NCBI GenBank assembly: GCA_965235115.1
Contig: OZ249436.1
Coordinates: 51,772,001-51,836,000 of the forward strand
Length of the DNA stretch: 64,000 bases
Direction: 5' to 3'
From: Laetmonice hystrix
Taxonomy: Eukaryota
In this document: positions 41,801 to 54,258 of the stretch, piece after piece
Position numbering within the stretch: position 1 is the first letter of the stretch
How the letters are laid out: the number at the start of each line of letters is the position of its first letter
Program-made: the position numbers and the translations under genes
Notes under the pieces: generated by a model
What the model was told of the DNA's origin: nothing
The model's input: the letters and a program-made list of their open reading frames with translations, nothing else
Databases searched by the model: none

Positions 41801-44800
41801 TGTGTGTACTCGTTCCTATATTGAGTTAACCTTTGATCTGAATCTGACCCGGTCACTGGGAGACAGGACCAATCTCCAAACGTAAATAGTTTATAAGAAA
41901 CCCCGCCTAGAACTGAAGTGGCCTATTACAGTTATACAAAGCTGTAGCTAAGTGGTTGTCTCATTATATAATGCTGTGTCTGGTGTGTCTCTAAGTAGAC
42001 GTGAGTGGACCATAGCTCGCACGGAACAGTCCATAAACATGCATGGTTAAAATCACCATAATACAAAAGGTCCAATTAGGTCTAAATTAGAAAAGTATGC
42101 ATAATTCCGTATTATCAGGGGGGGGGGGCATGCTCCTGCCCCCCGAGCACTAGGACATTGAAGCTTAGATCAAGATGTAGCCCTCCCCCTCCTGTGCATA
42201 TGTCTGATGCATATCCATTTTTCTTTTGCGTTCCCTTATCTCCCCCTTCTTATTTTAATTTTAAAACTTGAGTGTCGGAGTCATGTGTTTACGAATCATG
42301 TGAGAACAACCTACGTCTCAGGAAATATGATAACTGTGACTCACATTCATCCATGCCCTTTGGTTTGTTATAGCCTTACATTTCAGCTTTTCAGTCATTT
42401 GTGGTTTAGCCTACATGCTAGTTTTTCCCATAGGCCTAAATAGTGCAAAATAGTGTGTTTATGAAAACTTATCTGTTATGCCAAACCTCCTCAGTGATAG
42501 AAGTGAGTGAAATCTTTGGGCAACTTTTATTAATGCGCAATTTTCAGGTTGAGATTAAGAGCATATTTTTGTAACGTATTCAATGTGCTGGCGGTGACAT
42601 CGTTTCTTGTTCTGAATTGGGTTGGGGTCCTTAAAGTCATTCAGTCATTAGGTATACGGCCTTGGGTATACCAACAGAAATGGAGAAATCTAATGAAATT
42701 CAACATTCCATTTACTTTACGCTAACTAATGACCAGTGACCTAGTATAATAAGTAGTATATACTTCTTAAATTCGCCTGTAGAATGCGCGAATCGATGTC
42801 TCGGTTCCATTGTAAATTATGATGAAGAAACGTGGATCTCTGGGAAAACCTTTATTCGCCCCATACCGTGGTATGAACGGGATACGCATGGGGAAAAGCG
42901 GGTCTTGTCTATCCCCTGAACCTCACTGGAATTGTCCAGCCGTAAGGCACATAGATCTATACTCCCATGGCGGTCAGTGATCCTATCTGTACAACAGAAA
43001 GACGTAAAATGGCGTGTGTTAGTAACATGACGAACGTGTCCGGAACGTTTTTCTGTAACGGGAGAGGAATACATTCCATCCTCGTGACAACTGGTAGCTT
43101 TTAGGACGTCATCAAGGCACAGATTCCGACTCGACGTTGTGGGCGATGATACCAGAGAATACGTGTATATTTACCTTGGCCTCCACGGATCGTGAGTAAA
43201 ATGAACTTGTTTATATGTGAGGATTTTTAAGGGACAGCTCACACTCCTACTTGCGGAACATTTCTCATGTTTACTACGTGGATAGATTATACACGCAGAT
43301 GGCCATAACAGAGACTTTGTCTACCATGTTCCTGTGCCAAGCTTGTGAAAAATCTCAGACAGCTACCATCTGGGCCACGTCGGGAGTTAATGCCCCAAGC
43401 CGCAGCTCTCGTTTGAGATAAAAACAATGGAAGGCATGCCACGTATCTGTCAGCAGACCCTGATATCTTCTGCATAGTTGCACGGCAACAAAAACAAGAA
43501 TGTACCGTGAAGAGTCGACACGCGTTTCTAACATTATTCCTGACTTGTGTTTAAATATAGGTTATCCATGTAAACACACGACATGGCAAATTTGTGGGCC
43601 GCAGATGACCTTTCTTTTATCGGGGAAACTCTGGCCCGAACATTGTGAGAGGCAGTTGGACTCTCTCCTTTACATACGTGCATACGTGCATAAAAGCATG
43701 TTGGTAAGCCTAATACATGTGTATGTTCAAAGGCTGATATAGGCCTACACATAGATCTAATGCACCGTGAGAGCTGACACTGTAGTGACAGGGCGCTGAC
43801 CACCAATGGCCGGAGATATACCACTGCCTGAAGTGGCGGATCCGGGGGAGGGGAGGCGAGGGGAGGGGAGGTAACCCAACCCCCCCTCGGCAACCAAGTT
43901 TTCTTCCCCCCCCCCCCATAGAACTTTCTGAAATGACCATGCTGACCCCCCCCCCCCCCAATTCTGGATCCGCCTATGGTTCGGCAGACCTAGCTGGGGC
44001 CCTCCCAAAGAGGACGGCCGGGGGGAGGGTCATGTACGTAGGCTACAGGTGCTGACAAATCCTTCTTGACCCCGGGCGGAAATGATCTGGAGGATGTTTA
44101 GAAGGTTGTTGTAGTACTGAATGGCGACGTTTGTTTTCCTTGCCGTCAGAGGGCGCTCCGCTTGTTTTCCCAGTGTGCGCAGTGGTAGAAACTACCATGG
44201 TTACCATTGTGACCATTCCAAGCCGACAGAAAAACTATTTGAAATGCGACTTTAGCAATGCTCCATGCAAAGGGAGGCTTTGGTGCAATTGAATGCCAGA
44301 GAGATCATTAGCTGTATAATGGCTGCTATAGGTATGGTGGTACCACTTATAAACCACCATGTTGACAACATTATAAACAGTTTCGTCATGAAGAATAATA
44401 CGCAGTTTCATGTTCGTGAACACCACCGGAAGAACCCGCACCTGAAAAAATCATGTCGGAAGGCTGAGCGCGTCATTTGTAGGTCCTAAGTGTCTGTGGA
44501 AAAAGACATGGGCAGTTTTTAGATGTTATTTGATAACCGGGGACGGGCTGTAGATTATTTAAGAATGTCAAAATAAAATTTCTTGAGTTGATCTCAATTC
44601 CACAGTTTATATTATGTTTGGTGAAATATTTGCCATCGTTAATGAATTGTCTGTGGTTGTACATGATCTATTGTTGAAGATGGTGCCTTTTGTGGGGAGG
44701 GTTGCTCATCTTTAGTGAGAATACTGAAGACTTAACTGATTCAGCTGTGAAGCAGCATGAATGAGGACGAGGTCCACACGCAGTAGGTGCATGACCCCTT

Positions 44801-45240
44801 ATACCCAGGCACGCTGCGTGCTCTAGCCATTAAAAAACATGTTGTCGTTGATCCAGGGTCAATAAAACTTGCTGCCAACACTCATAGATGGAGAATATCA
44901 AAGAAAACCGAGAATCATAAACGACGCTCGGCTCATATGTTATAGCTTCCGATTGGCGGGGTTTTGAAAACACTTCACTCGATCTCCGGAGGTTAAAGCA
45001 GTAGGAAGTGTGTACTTACTGCCGTTTGATTCCCACCAATGACTTCTTTTAGAGACAGATGTGTGAAATCTTTGCCCAGCTGGAGGCAATCGACGTATAT
45101 TTGGAGGCTGTTGAATGACATAGGTAGGTCTGTCACGTGTAGCACAAATAGACGGCCACGATGGTGATTTCCTTTGCGCAAGCGCGGTACATCAAAGTAT
45201 ACAGCATCGTGTTCTGTGCTCGTTCTCAACCGGACAGCGA
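2718..45240 (-). CDS. TSP: Thrombospondin, subgroup B (THBS3/THBS4/COMP-like), with a greatly expanded EGF region; 69 exons traced, 5' exons not located
   Basis: Hand-assembled exons with compatible phases total 8750 nt (2 nt + 2916 codons). Diagnostic peptides: LQIYVDC and LKTLGC (N-terminal domain), [11 protein letters not shown] (coiled-coil CxxC), CFPGVx[13 protein letters not shown] (EGF), DNCP..NPDQ.D.DGDG.GD.CD (type 3), [50 protein letters not shown] (C-terminal domain). Confidence 0.96.
5151..9117 (-). CDS. TSP: Thrombospondin type 3 calcium-binding repeat exons (first exon also completes the last EGF)
   Basis: Exons 9013-9117, 8729-8836, 8323-8503, 7034-7152, 6657-6709, 6442-6527 and 5151-5246, all GT-AG. 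Asp-rich repeats such as [31 protein letters not shown]. Confidence 0.93.
5431..6445. repeat. 40-bp minisatellite, about 25 copies, intronic; each unit carries a copy of the adjacent exon's donor site
   Basis: Unit gtgaactcacccaaatggtttgataagttgagaggtcaat read directly. It abuts exon 6442-6527. Confidence 0.95.
9329..11839 (-). CDS. TSP: Canonical thrombospondin EGF exons preceding the type 3 repeats
   Basis: Exons 11679-11839 (..GINCIDINE), 11091-11231 ([34 protein letters not shown]), 10550-10624 ([25 protein letters not shown]) and 9329-9484 ([16 protein letters not shown]..), all GT-AG. These match EGF2-4 of subgroup B thrombospondins. Confidence 0.92.
9581..9907. mobile_element. Non-autonomous DNA transposon (MITE) with TTAA flanks, Kolobok-like
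   Basis: Left end ttaa-agtgaaggtaaacttgca; right end tgcaaatttgtttaaccttccct-ttaa. These form imperfect inverted ends starting AG, with TTAA on both sides. Confidence 0.55.
10164..10431. repeat. Direct tandem duplication of about 134 bp
   Basis: ggcagcacgtccttcagcaatgtgcagt...actaggtggctgcgagcatgg occurs twice head to tail with a few substitutions. Confidence 0.9.
10668..10860. repeat. 20-bp minisatellite, about 10 copies
   Basis: Unit catagagccgtacaatgggt. Confidence 0.9.
11989..36493 (-). CDS. TSP: Tandem array of 45 phase 1-1 exons encoding 47 EGF-like units (consensus [41 protein letters not shown])
   Basis: Exons in transcription order (* = GT donor, others GC): 36365-36493, 35332-35454, 34843-34965, 33751-33873*, 33298-33420*, 31947-32072, 31633-31755, 31126-31248, 30790-30912, 30437-30559, 30000-30122, 29635-29757, 29108-29230, 27976-28098, 27654-27776, 27362-27484, 26993-27115, 26661-26783*, 26180-26302, 25508-25630, 25112-25234, 24738-24860, 24408-24530, 23999-24127, 23541-23663, 23128-23250, 22616-22738, 21930-22052, 21451-21573, 21018-21140, 19888-20139* (double), 19391-19519*, 18783-18905, 18492-18614, 18141-18263, 17720-17842, 17305-17427, 17051-17173, 16621-16743*, 16334-16456, 15518-15640, 13948-14073, 13321-13443*, 12412-12657* (double), 11989-12111*. 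All lengths are multiples of 3 and each exon has an AG acceptor. Confidence 0.92.
36913..37724 (-). CDS. TSP: First EGF exons leading into the array
   Basis: Exon 37563-37724 ([54 protein letters not shown]) and exon 36913-37104 ([44 protein letters not shown]). Strong GT donors (gtaggt, gtgagc). Confidence 0.92.
39471..39988 (-). CDS. TSP: Oligomerisation coiled-coil exons with C-terminal CxxC (COMP/THBS3/THBS4 pentamer type)
   Basis: Exon 39909-39988 ([26 protein letters not shown]) and exon 39471-39525 ([18 protein letters not shown]). Heptad pattern followed by CxxC, as in subgroup B thrombospondins. Confidence 0.88.
39975..40582. repeat. 38-bp minisatellite, 16 copies; each unit carries a copy of the coiled-coil exon's acceptor site
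   Basis: Unit tatgatggctacaaggataagaacaggacattgttctt. Minus-strand AGs are spaced every 38 nt from 39989 to 40559. Confidence 0.95.
40842..45240 (-). CDS. TSP: TSP N-terminal (laminin-G-like) domain exons, second half, and linker
   Basis: Exon 45020-45240 ([59 protein letters not shown], donor gtaagt) and exon 40842-40992 ([28 protein letters not shown], donor gtgcgt). Phases join correctly to the coiled-coil exon. Confidence 0.75.
43830..43978. mobile_element. Short MITE-like element with GGCGGATCC inverted ends and G/C tracts
   Basis: Left aagtggcggatccgg, right ctggatccgcctatg. No clear target-site duplication. Confidence 0.4.
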
Positions 45241-48200
45241 CTGGAAGTACAAAACGTCAGCATCAGTGTGTGGGAGTAACTGTTTGCGGTCACTATTATG
45301 TGTTATTGTGTGCCCTCAGCCCTTTTACAGTTAATCTAAAAAGGGATTTTATTTTTACATTTACGGAAATCGTTATCTTTACGTAAGAGTTGAACCAGTT
45401 CCTACGGAACTCTTTCTGTCTCTGTATGTTTGTCTCTCTCTTTCTCTCTAAGCGTTCTTAAACTAATTATTCAAGACAAAATGAAGTACAGATTTCTTTA
45501 TAATAACTACACAAATGCATTATACACAAATACATTCTCCATTTGAGAGAAAAATAACCTCTTTGTAAAGATAAAGTAGAGCCTCAGTGGGAAACAACCA
45601 CCCAGGAAACCATGGGCGACTATAGAACAACCCAGGTAACCCTACTCCGGTGGCAAACCTCGACTGCATGCTTAGCACCTGCTAGCTGACACAGATATAG
45701 AAATTGGTGTTATATGTAGAACTAGTCGGAGACGAGGAGCGATATACTACAAGTGGTATCGTAAACAGACGACCACCGAACTGGTGGTGGTTACATGGCC
45801 GCATTATGATAACATACACAATGTATGGCTGTGTGGACTTGAAGGGAATACGAAATGGGCCTTTTGTTATTACAAAATGGGTATATCTGATTATTGCAAA
45901 AGGGTTGCATTTTATTTTAATAAATAAACATACTAAAATTTTTTTACAAAATAGGCACATATTACAAAATGGGTCGTTTTTTTTCTATTACAAAATGAGC
46001 ACTTCTTTATACGACACAGTTGGTCGAATGACCCTTAAGAGGCCTGTTGGGCTCCCCGCACTGCAGATGGGCTATGCGGGGGTGCGTGTCAGCGGTACAA
46101 AATCAACCACAAGACTGACACCTTCACTTTGTGAGACTTCAGGCATTTAGTGATATTTTATCATTTTAGACCCCCATCCCAATGGATAGAGGACAAGCTT
46201 TTAGTACAAAAAGTCGCCCTAGTATAGCTGAAATAATGCTAAACACCAACTACTCACTTACTCACACGTACAAAAAGTTTTTTTTTTTGCTTTTTCAGTT
46301 TTCAGTCAAGGGCAAAACCGTCCACAATGGAAGCCCTGGCTAATAGATCTAGGGTCATTTCCTCACAAGATATTTTTTTCCACGTTTTTCTAAGAATAAT
46401 AGTTCGCTCCTTTAAAGAAAATCCACTTTTCCCCGAAAACGACCCACCACATCCGGAATTCTGACTACGGGCCCGGCACAGTACTGGACCCCTTCATTAT
46501 GATTATATCACAACTCGTCCGACAGGCGGTTCCAACAGTCTAACTGCGATATTCAAGCGCTAAATAAATCAGGAATTGGAAGGATCTCACTGAATTTAAA
46601 TCAAACCGGTCAACCATACTTCTACTTCTAATATTGCTCATTGATTTATGAAATTCGGCCTATTCAAATGACCAAACTACAAAATCCTATCAGGAATCCG
46701 TCGGATTAGCTATAGGTGTATGGTACCGTGTAGGTATAAGGAAGGATCTGATGATATCATCGATATGGGGAGAGAAAACTTGGGTCCCGGGGTCTTGCTT
46801 ATAGCGATCGAAATCAGATCATCCAAATAAACAAAAACGTTGTGCAGGCGTTTGATGGTCAACCAAGTGGGCCGGGTATTCGATGAAAGATATTGTACAC
46901 TAATCGTGGCTTCTCTGGGGATCCCACAACCATAAATCGGGTTTCATATTTTTACCCCACCCCCACCCCTATACTTGACATGGTAACAGATGTACAACCC
47001 GACTAGATTGGTGATAGTCAGGAGTGTGCATGCCCCCGCCGTCTGGCTTCCATTCGATCATGTAAACACGTTCTTCTGTCGCTTAAAAAAGAACGTTATA
47101 GTGAAACTATAACTGTCATGAATACCGGGTAAGACTGAACTGTAAATGTCCTTGATGTCACATTGCAGATCACTTTAGACGATAAGCAGACCTTATTCAG
47201 TGGGTGTCATTGTTACAGACCGATCCAAATGTTACATTTGAATGTCAGTTCAGCTAAACTATGGCTTTAGATTTGGCAATGAGCCCAATCAAAAAGTCTT
47301 GTTAGTAAGCACCAGTATCCAACCACTGTGACCCTTTAATTCCCCTTTCTATTATATTATGGAAGATTGTGAGAGTAAAGTTAAAAAAAATCAAAACTTT
47401 CGTCATTGTAGGCCTGCATGAAACTTCATTAGTCTTTTTAACTCTATAACCGCTCTTAGTGTTAGACCCTTTGTCACCACAGCCCATGTCTGCATTTAGT
47501 CATTAAATTAAGAAATAGTCGGTGTTTGCTTTAAGATGTATCACCCAGCAAAAATTTTAATATACGGTATTGTATTTTATGTATGTGCCATTAGCATGAA
47601 TAAATATTATTATAATTAGATAGGCCTAGCCTACTATAAAATAGCGATTCGAATCATATCTTTGCATATACAATGTATGTGCCAGATTTGGCTTTAGCTG
47701 AAAGAATTTACGGGCTTTGCCAGATATAAAGTGATCATTATCATAGGCTTACAATTCATTTGACCTGTAACTTATAGAGAAACGATTCCATGAGACAACT
47801 CCTCTACAGACGCCCTTGAAACACTGCCGTAAATCTGTACTCTACTATTATAGACATCAGTGGTGATGATTAGACTTAGCCCACACTTTTGCATTCCTGT
47901 AGTAAAGGCACTTCAGGAGTCAGAATTTCAAGCGGTGTGGTTTTGCGGAGTCTATGTGATCTTCTTCCGGGTCATGAAGAGGTCCTGAAGGACTCCGGCC
48001 GTTGCATTGACAGCTCTCCAATCTGTAAGTCAGCAAGCAGCCGTCTGTACGCTCGGATTTTTATTCGCCTGAGGCTTGAATTGGCGGCGACGCGCCCCTT
48101 CCTAATGTGGTTGACCTAAAGCACGAATCGTAACGGTAGGGCTGCAGGCGTGGTGGCAGCCAGCCTCGTCACAATCTAGACCGATTCCAAGTTTTCTTCC

Positions 48201-48776
48201 GACCGCATGGAGAGGGTGAATGACCCGGTGTAGAATTTACATTTCAAATCTTCCCTTAATCAGAAGGCGTGATGTTCATTATTCAAAATGAATCAATGGG
48301 AGGTTTACTGAAAATGGTACCCCAGGGTCGCTTATTTTAGTCTATCGTTCGTATATAATTAACGTTTTCAATACACTTCCTAAACACCGCCGGCCGAAGA
48401 GCTCTCGCCCTGTGGCTTCTGCCGTTCAGGGGTAAATTGAATTTGTTTGAGCCATCAAGTCCTCGTCAGGAACACATCGTTCAGGCTGTACCCCACAGGG
48501 CATGGCTGGCGTTGACAGGCGCCCCTATCGGGTTACCTCGGAACTAATGTACCGAATCTTGATGCCGTTTGTAATGGGTTTATGATAGGATGAGAGCAGT
48601 CATATTGGCCACAGACTACCTAAGGTCAACCCTTGACCCCAGGTTAACTGTCTCTACACCGGATTATAGCACTGGTCAGGGCACTATTTCATTACGTTAT
48701 TAGCTGTGAGCCGATAACACTCAACTGAGCTGAGTCTTCACGGCCTTATACCGCGTGGCTCACTTGTCGTCCTTTC

Positions 48777-50694
48777 ACCAACTTACCACTTGACCCCTGT
48801 CTACCTGTCAGCAACTCACCACTTGGCCCCTGTCTACCCGTCACCAACTCAACACTTGACCCCGTCTACCTGTCACCAACTTACCACTTGACCTCTGTCT
48901 ACCTGTCACCAACTCAACACTTGACCCCTGTCTACCCGTCACCAACTCAACACTTGACCTCTGTCTACCTGTCACCAACTCAACACTTGACCCCGTCTAC
49001 CTGTCACCAACTTACCACTTGACCTCTGTCTACCTGTCAGCAACTCACCACTTGACCTCTGTCTACCTGTCACCAACTCAACACTTGACCTCTGTCTACC
49101 TGTCACCAACTCAACACTTGACCTCTGTCTACCTGTCACCAACTCAACACTTGACCTCTGTCTACCTGTCACCAACTCAACACTTGACCTCTGTCTACCT
49201 GTCACCAACTCAACACTTGACCCCGTCTACCTGTCACCAACTTACCACTTGACCTCTGTCTACCTGTCACCAACTCACCACTTGACCCCTGTCTACCTGT
49301 CACCAACTCAACACTTGAGCCCTGTCTACCTGTCACCAACTCAACACTTGACCTCTGTCTACCTGTCACCAACTCAACACTTGACCCCTAGATGTCTTCC
49401 TGTCACTAACTCAACACTTGACCCCTGTGTACCTCTGTCACCAACTTACCACTTGACCCCTGTCTACCTGTCACCAACTCAACACTTGAGCCCTGTCTAC
49501 CTGTCACCAACTCAACACTTGACCTCTGTCTACCTGTCACCAACTCAACACTTGACCCCTAGATGTCTTCCTGTCACTAACTCAACACTTGACCCCTGTG
49601 TACCTCTGTCACCAACTTACCACTTGACCCCTGTCTACCTGTCACCAACTCAACACTTGACCCCTGTCTACCCGTCACCAACTCAACACTTGACCTCTGT
49701 CGACCTGTCACCAACTCAACACTTGACCCCTGTCTACCTGTCAGCAACTCACCACTTGACCTCTGTCTACCTGTCACCAACTCAACACTTGACCCCTGTC
49801 TACCTGTCACCAACTCAACACTTGACCTCTGTCTACCTGTCACCAACTCAACACTTGACCTCTGTCTACCTGTCACCAACTCAACACTTGACCTCTGTCT
49901 ACCTGTCACCAACTCAACACTTGACCTCTGTCTACCTGTCACCAACTCAACACTTGACCCCTGTCTACCTGTCACCAACTCAACACTTGAGCCCTGTCTA
50001 CCTGTCACCAATTCAACACTTGACCTCTGTCTACCTGTCACCAACTCAACACTTGACCTCTGTCTACCTGTCACCAACTCAACACTTGGCCCCTGTCTAC
50101 CCGTCACCAACTCAACACTTGAGCCCTGTCTACCTGTCACCAGCTCAACACTTGGGCCCTGTCTACCTGTCACGAGCTCAACACTTGACCCCTGTCTACC
50201 TGTCACCAACTTACCACTTGACCCCTGTCTACCTGTCACCAACTCAACACTTGACCCCTGTCTACCTGTCACCAATTCAACACTTGGCCCCTGTCTACCC
50301 GTCACTAACTCAACACTTGACCCCTGTCTACCTGTCACCAACTTACCACTTGACCCCTGTCTACCTGTCAGCAACTCAACACTTGACCCCTGTCTACCTG
50401 TCACCAATTCAACACTTGGCCCCTGTCTACCCGTCACTAACTCAACACTTGACCCCTAGATGTTTTCCTGTCACCAACTTACCACTTGGCCCCTGTGTAC
50501 CTCTGTCACCAGCTCAACACTTGACCTCTGTCGACCTGTCACCAACTCAACACTTGACCCCTGTCTACCTGTCACCAATTCAACACTTGGCCCCTGTCTA
50601 CCTGTCACCAATTCAACACTTGGCCCCTGTCTACCTGTCACCAATTCAACACTTGGCCCCTGTCTACCTGTCAGCAACTCACCACTTGACCCCC
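48777..50694. repeat. 33-bp minisatellite, about 58 copies
   Basis: Unit cacttgacctctgtctacctgtcaccaactcaa with recurring variants. It explains the repetitive ORFs (VYLSPTQHLTS / VELVTGRQRSS). Confidence 0.95.
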
Positions 50695-52546
50695 AGTATG
50701 TAACTGCCTACAAACTTGTTTATGTTTTCCTTCCCAAGTCTATTCCTCACTCATACTAAACACTGACGCATCCCCTACAGGGAACCACCTGCCCAGCCAA
50801 GTCTTATCACATTCACTTTACTTAACTTCCACCTTTGAGTTTTTACAGGTAAGTTATAGGCATTCCTTGCCAGGAGGTCGTGCCATTTGGCACCTTTTCC
50901 AGGCAGGTGTCTTAGGTCAAAACCCGGGGTGCATTCAGGAAAAATGTGAACACCGAGCGATAGGTGAATGGCGGAAGGTACAGCTCTGATAAAAAGGTGG
51001 GAAAGTTTAGGCATCGAATCAGAAGGCCGCATTATCTGTCTTTGTAAATAAACATCGACACGACTGCTCTACGAGAATACGTGTAGGGATTCTTGTAGTA
51101 CTTAAGTAGGCCTACAACACTAAACCAGCTTGAAGACTCTCCACGTTCTCAGGCCCTTTCGATAGCTTTTCAGCCGAGACTACATAAAACTAACCCTACA
51201 TCAACTTCTAAACTTCTCCCTTTCTGGATGATGCGATGTGTTCCTACAGAACCTTTCATTGTATGGCCTCAGTTGAAGTAGGCATATGTTGTTCAAAGAA
51301 AATGCATGGAAATGATTGGCAGCAAACGTTCTGAACAAATCGTGGCTTCCTTAAAAACGAAGCGTATTTAAGGAATATCGTATTACGCCTTGAAGCCGAG
51401 ACGGTTTTTGCCGCAGTCCGTCCTGTTAACTGGAAAGAGGCGTCACAGCTAAAAGAGTGCAGTATGCTTAAATATTGTAGGCTAACGTTTATCGGGGCAT
51501 AATTTTTAGCGGCACCCGCATGTGCTAAATGGCTCTAAAATGCCAGTGAATTTCGTCTACTCTAGGTTTGCCGTCTGTTCCTGGCCCAGATCCATCGATG
51601 TATGGCTAATTTCCTCCCATGGCAGAGACGGCTGCACCAGGTCCCGGGGTTAAAGGTCAGTTCCGGTCAGCAACTGTGCAAACTGTTTGCACATCGTAAT
51701 AACGGCCAAGATGGGATTCGACAAGAGGGCAAAGATCCCGAGCCGGGGGAGACATTCTAATTGGTTCCTAGGGCCTCGAGACGCTACATTAGAACAGCAT
51801 GATTACTTCGTGCTGTGTGAAGACTCGTATGTCGGACCTATCTCTTGACAGGGTATTTCTACAGGTGGAGATGGTTTTGGTGAAGTGACCCGAAATTTGT
51901 CTTCACGATACAATAAAGTGAGCTTTTTGATAGATGGGTTTCTGTACCATGTCAGTTGGCAGAGAGACAACAATATAAAATGAGATGACATGAAAGTTTA
52001 AGAAGAGGAAACATATAGCGACAGTTTCGTATCAAAAACTCGGAAATTATTTAGAAGCACAATATCATTATGGCCTACAAAATCATAAGTGGGAGTCCTA
52101 AGGTATCCACATTGACCCAGTTTCAGAATACCGCCATACACCTAAAACGAGAGAACCCTCCTTATTTCAACAGGAGGATAGTCCAGATAAGGGATGGCGT
52201 TATTGCGAGAGGTGTCCACAGAAAGGTTGCCATCCATCAGTTCTACATTCTTATCACTTAGGAGCAGCAAGTCCACATCGAGGCCAACCTGCGGCAGCAG
52301 CAACCCACGCTCACATCCGAGGAATTGCCTGCAGGTGGGGTGAACATTTCACAACCTTTGCTCTTCCATGGGTGTCCGACCACATTACGTGTACAGAGAG
52401 GGGTTCCGACAACCTCCTGAGCAGGGGTCAGGACCCCACACAGAAAATGGAAAGGAAGGGCTCCACCCCCGTCACCCTCCGCCTCCGGCCTCATCACGCC
52501 CTCTCCGCCCCCACCATATCGATCTACTCCCGGTCAGTGCCATACT

Positions 52547-53058
<512 letters not shown>

Positions 53059-53690
53059 TTAGAGCTCAGAGGGAGACATTCATTTGGGATTTCCTGCCAC
53101 AGGAAAGAAAGTTTTTGCCTGCATAGTAGTCTCAGATAACTTCCTTAATGGACTGGGTACTTTGTTGACATTCTTCCCGAAATGTTGTAAGTGAGTGTGG
53201 CACCGGGTTTGAACGGCATTCGGGCCTACTTAAAGGGAAAGTATTGCATCGCATTTTCCAGAGATAACCAGTCCTGTCTGCACAGAAATATATCATATTA
53301 CAACGATCAATCTCATCATGTTTCCTTGTAACAATAGCGAAACTGGACGAGCAAACGTGCCATCCTTGCTTGGACGTTGAAAAATACGATACCACGTCAG
53401 CTTGTTGGCATTCCTGCCTGGGATCACCGGTCCGACTAAACACTGGAAGCGATCGAAACCGACCGAAACTGACCAAACCTGACCGACTTCCTTGCGATTC
53501 TGGAGGTCGGTGTCGATATGCCAAGGTTGGTTTCGGTAAATTCACTCGGTCTCGGTGTTTATAGCCACAATTTCGTATCAAAAGCTTGTATCTCGGAAAA
53601 AGTTGGAGGGGGGGGGGGGTCTAACATAAGATGCAATTGGTTGCCTTTAAGAAAAACTCCTCTACTGCACGCCATTAGGGCCTACTGTAT

Positions 53691-54037
53691 TTAAAGGTGC
53701 TATTCGTCTCGCACAGAATGGCATTTCTCCTATCATACATTGTGCACATAGTACTAGAAAAATTCCTACCGATACCATTGGCCTGATAAACCTTCTATTA
53801 GATTGTGTGCAGCATTTGAAACCTATCTCGGTGCGCACCGAGATAGAGCCATTTCCTATGGTGGGGCGTGTCAGGGTCTCCACAGGCCTTCAGAGAGAGC
53901 CCCATTTGTGCCGTTATCCATGAAAAATTTTGATTTCCTTTGTTGTGAATCTATTTCCATGATAGGTGGGATCACATAAACGTCAACAAAATAAAAAATA
54001 AAAAAATTGAACTTTTCTTCACGAATAGCACCTTTAA
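53691..54037. mobile_element. MITE with 13-bp perfect terminal inverted repeats and TTAA target-site duplication, Kolobok-like
   Basis: ttaa-aggtgctattcgt at 53691 and acgaatagcacct-ttaa ending at 54037. No coding capacity. Confidence 0.75.
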
Positions 54038-54174
54038 GATCTACCTAGGGGTCCGCGTAGTTTAAATAGGTCTTCTGTAGGAAAATATTATTGTATATTC
54101 CACGAGTAATTGTTTAGAACTGTCAAGCTGTTAAGAAGAATTGGTAGACCTAAGCCCGGATCTTTCAGATCTGT

Positions 54175-54258
54175 CTAACTTATCCAAGTAGGCCTAATCC
54201 TAGCTCTAAATCCATCTAACTTATCCAAGTAGGCCTAATCCTAGCTCTAAATCCATCT
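54175..54258. repeat. Tandem duplication of about 41 bp
   Basis: tctaacttatccaagtaggcctaatcctagctctaaatcca occurs twice. Confidence 0.85.

Noticed and set aside
44340..44441. Possible extra minus-strand exon ([18 protein letters not shown]..) between the N-domain exons
   Set aside because: The flanking exons already join in phase with a sensible domain length, and there is no clear donor or TSP similarity.
47952..48022. Possible minus-strand terminal exon (..WRAVNATAGVLQDLFMTRKKIT*) after gctgacttacag
   Set aside because: Short, with no recognisable homology and no partner exons identified.
48972..50759. Long ORFs (484 aa plus strand, 286 aa minus strand) with 11-aa repeats
   Set aside because: By-products of a 33-bp minisatellite open on both strands, with frame-shifting variant units and no unique flanking coding sequence.
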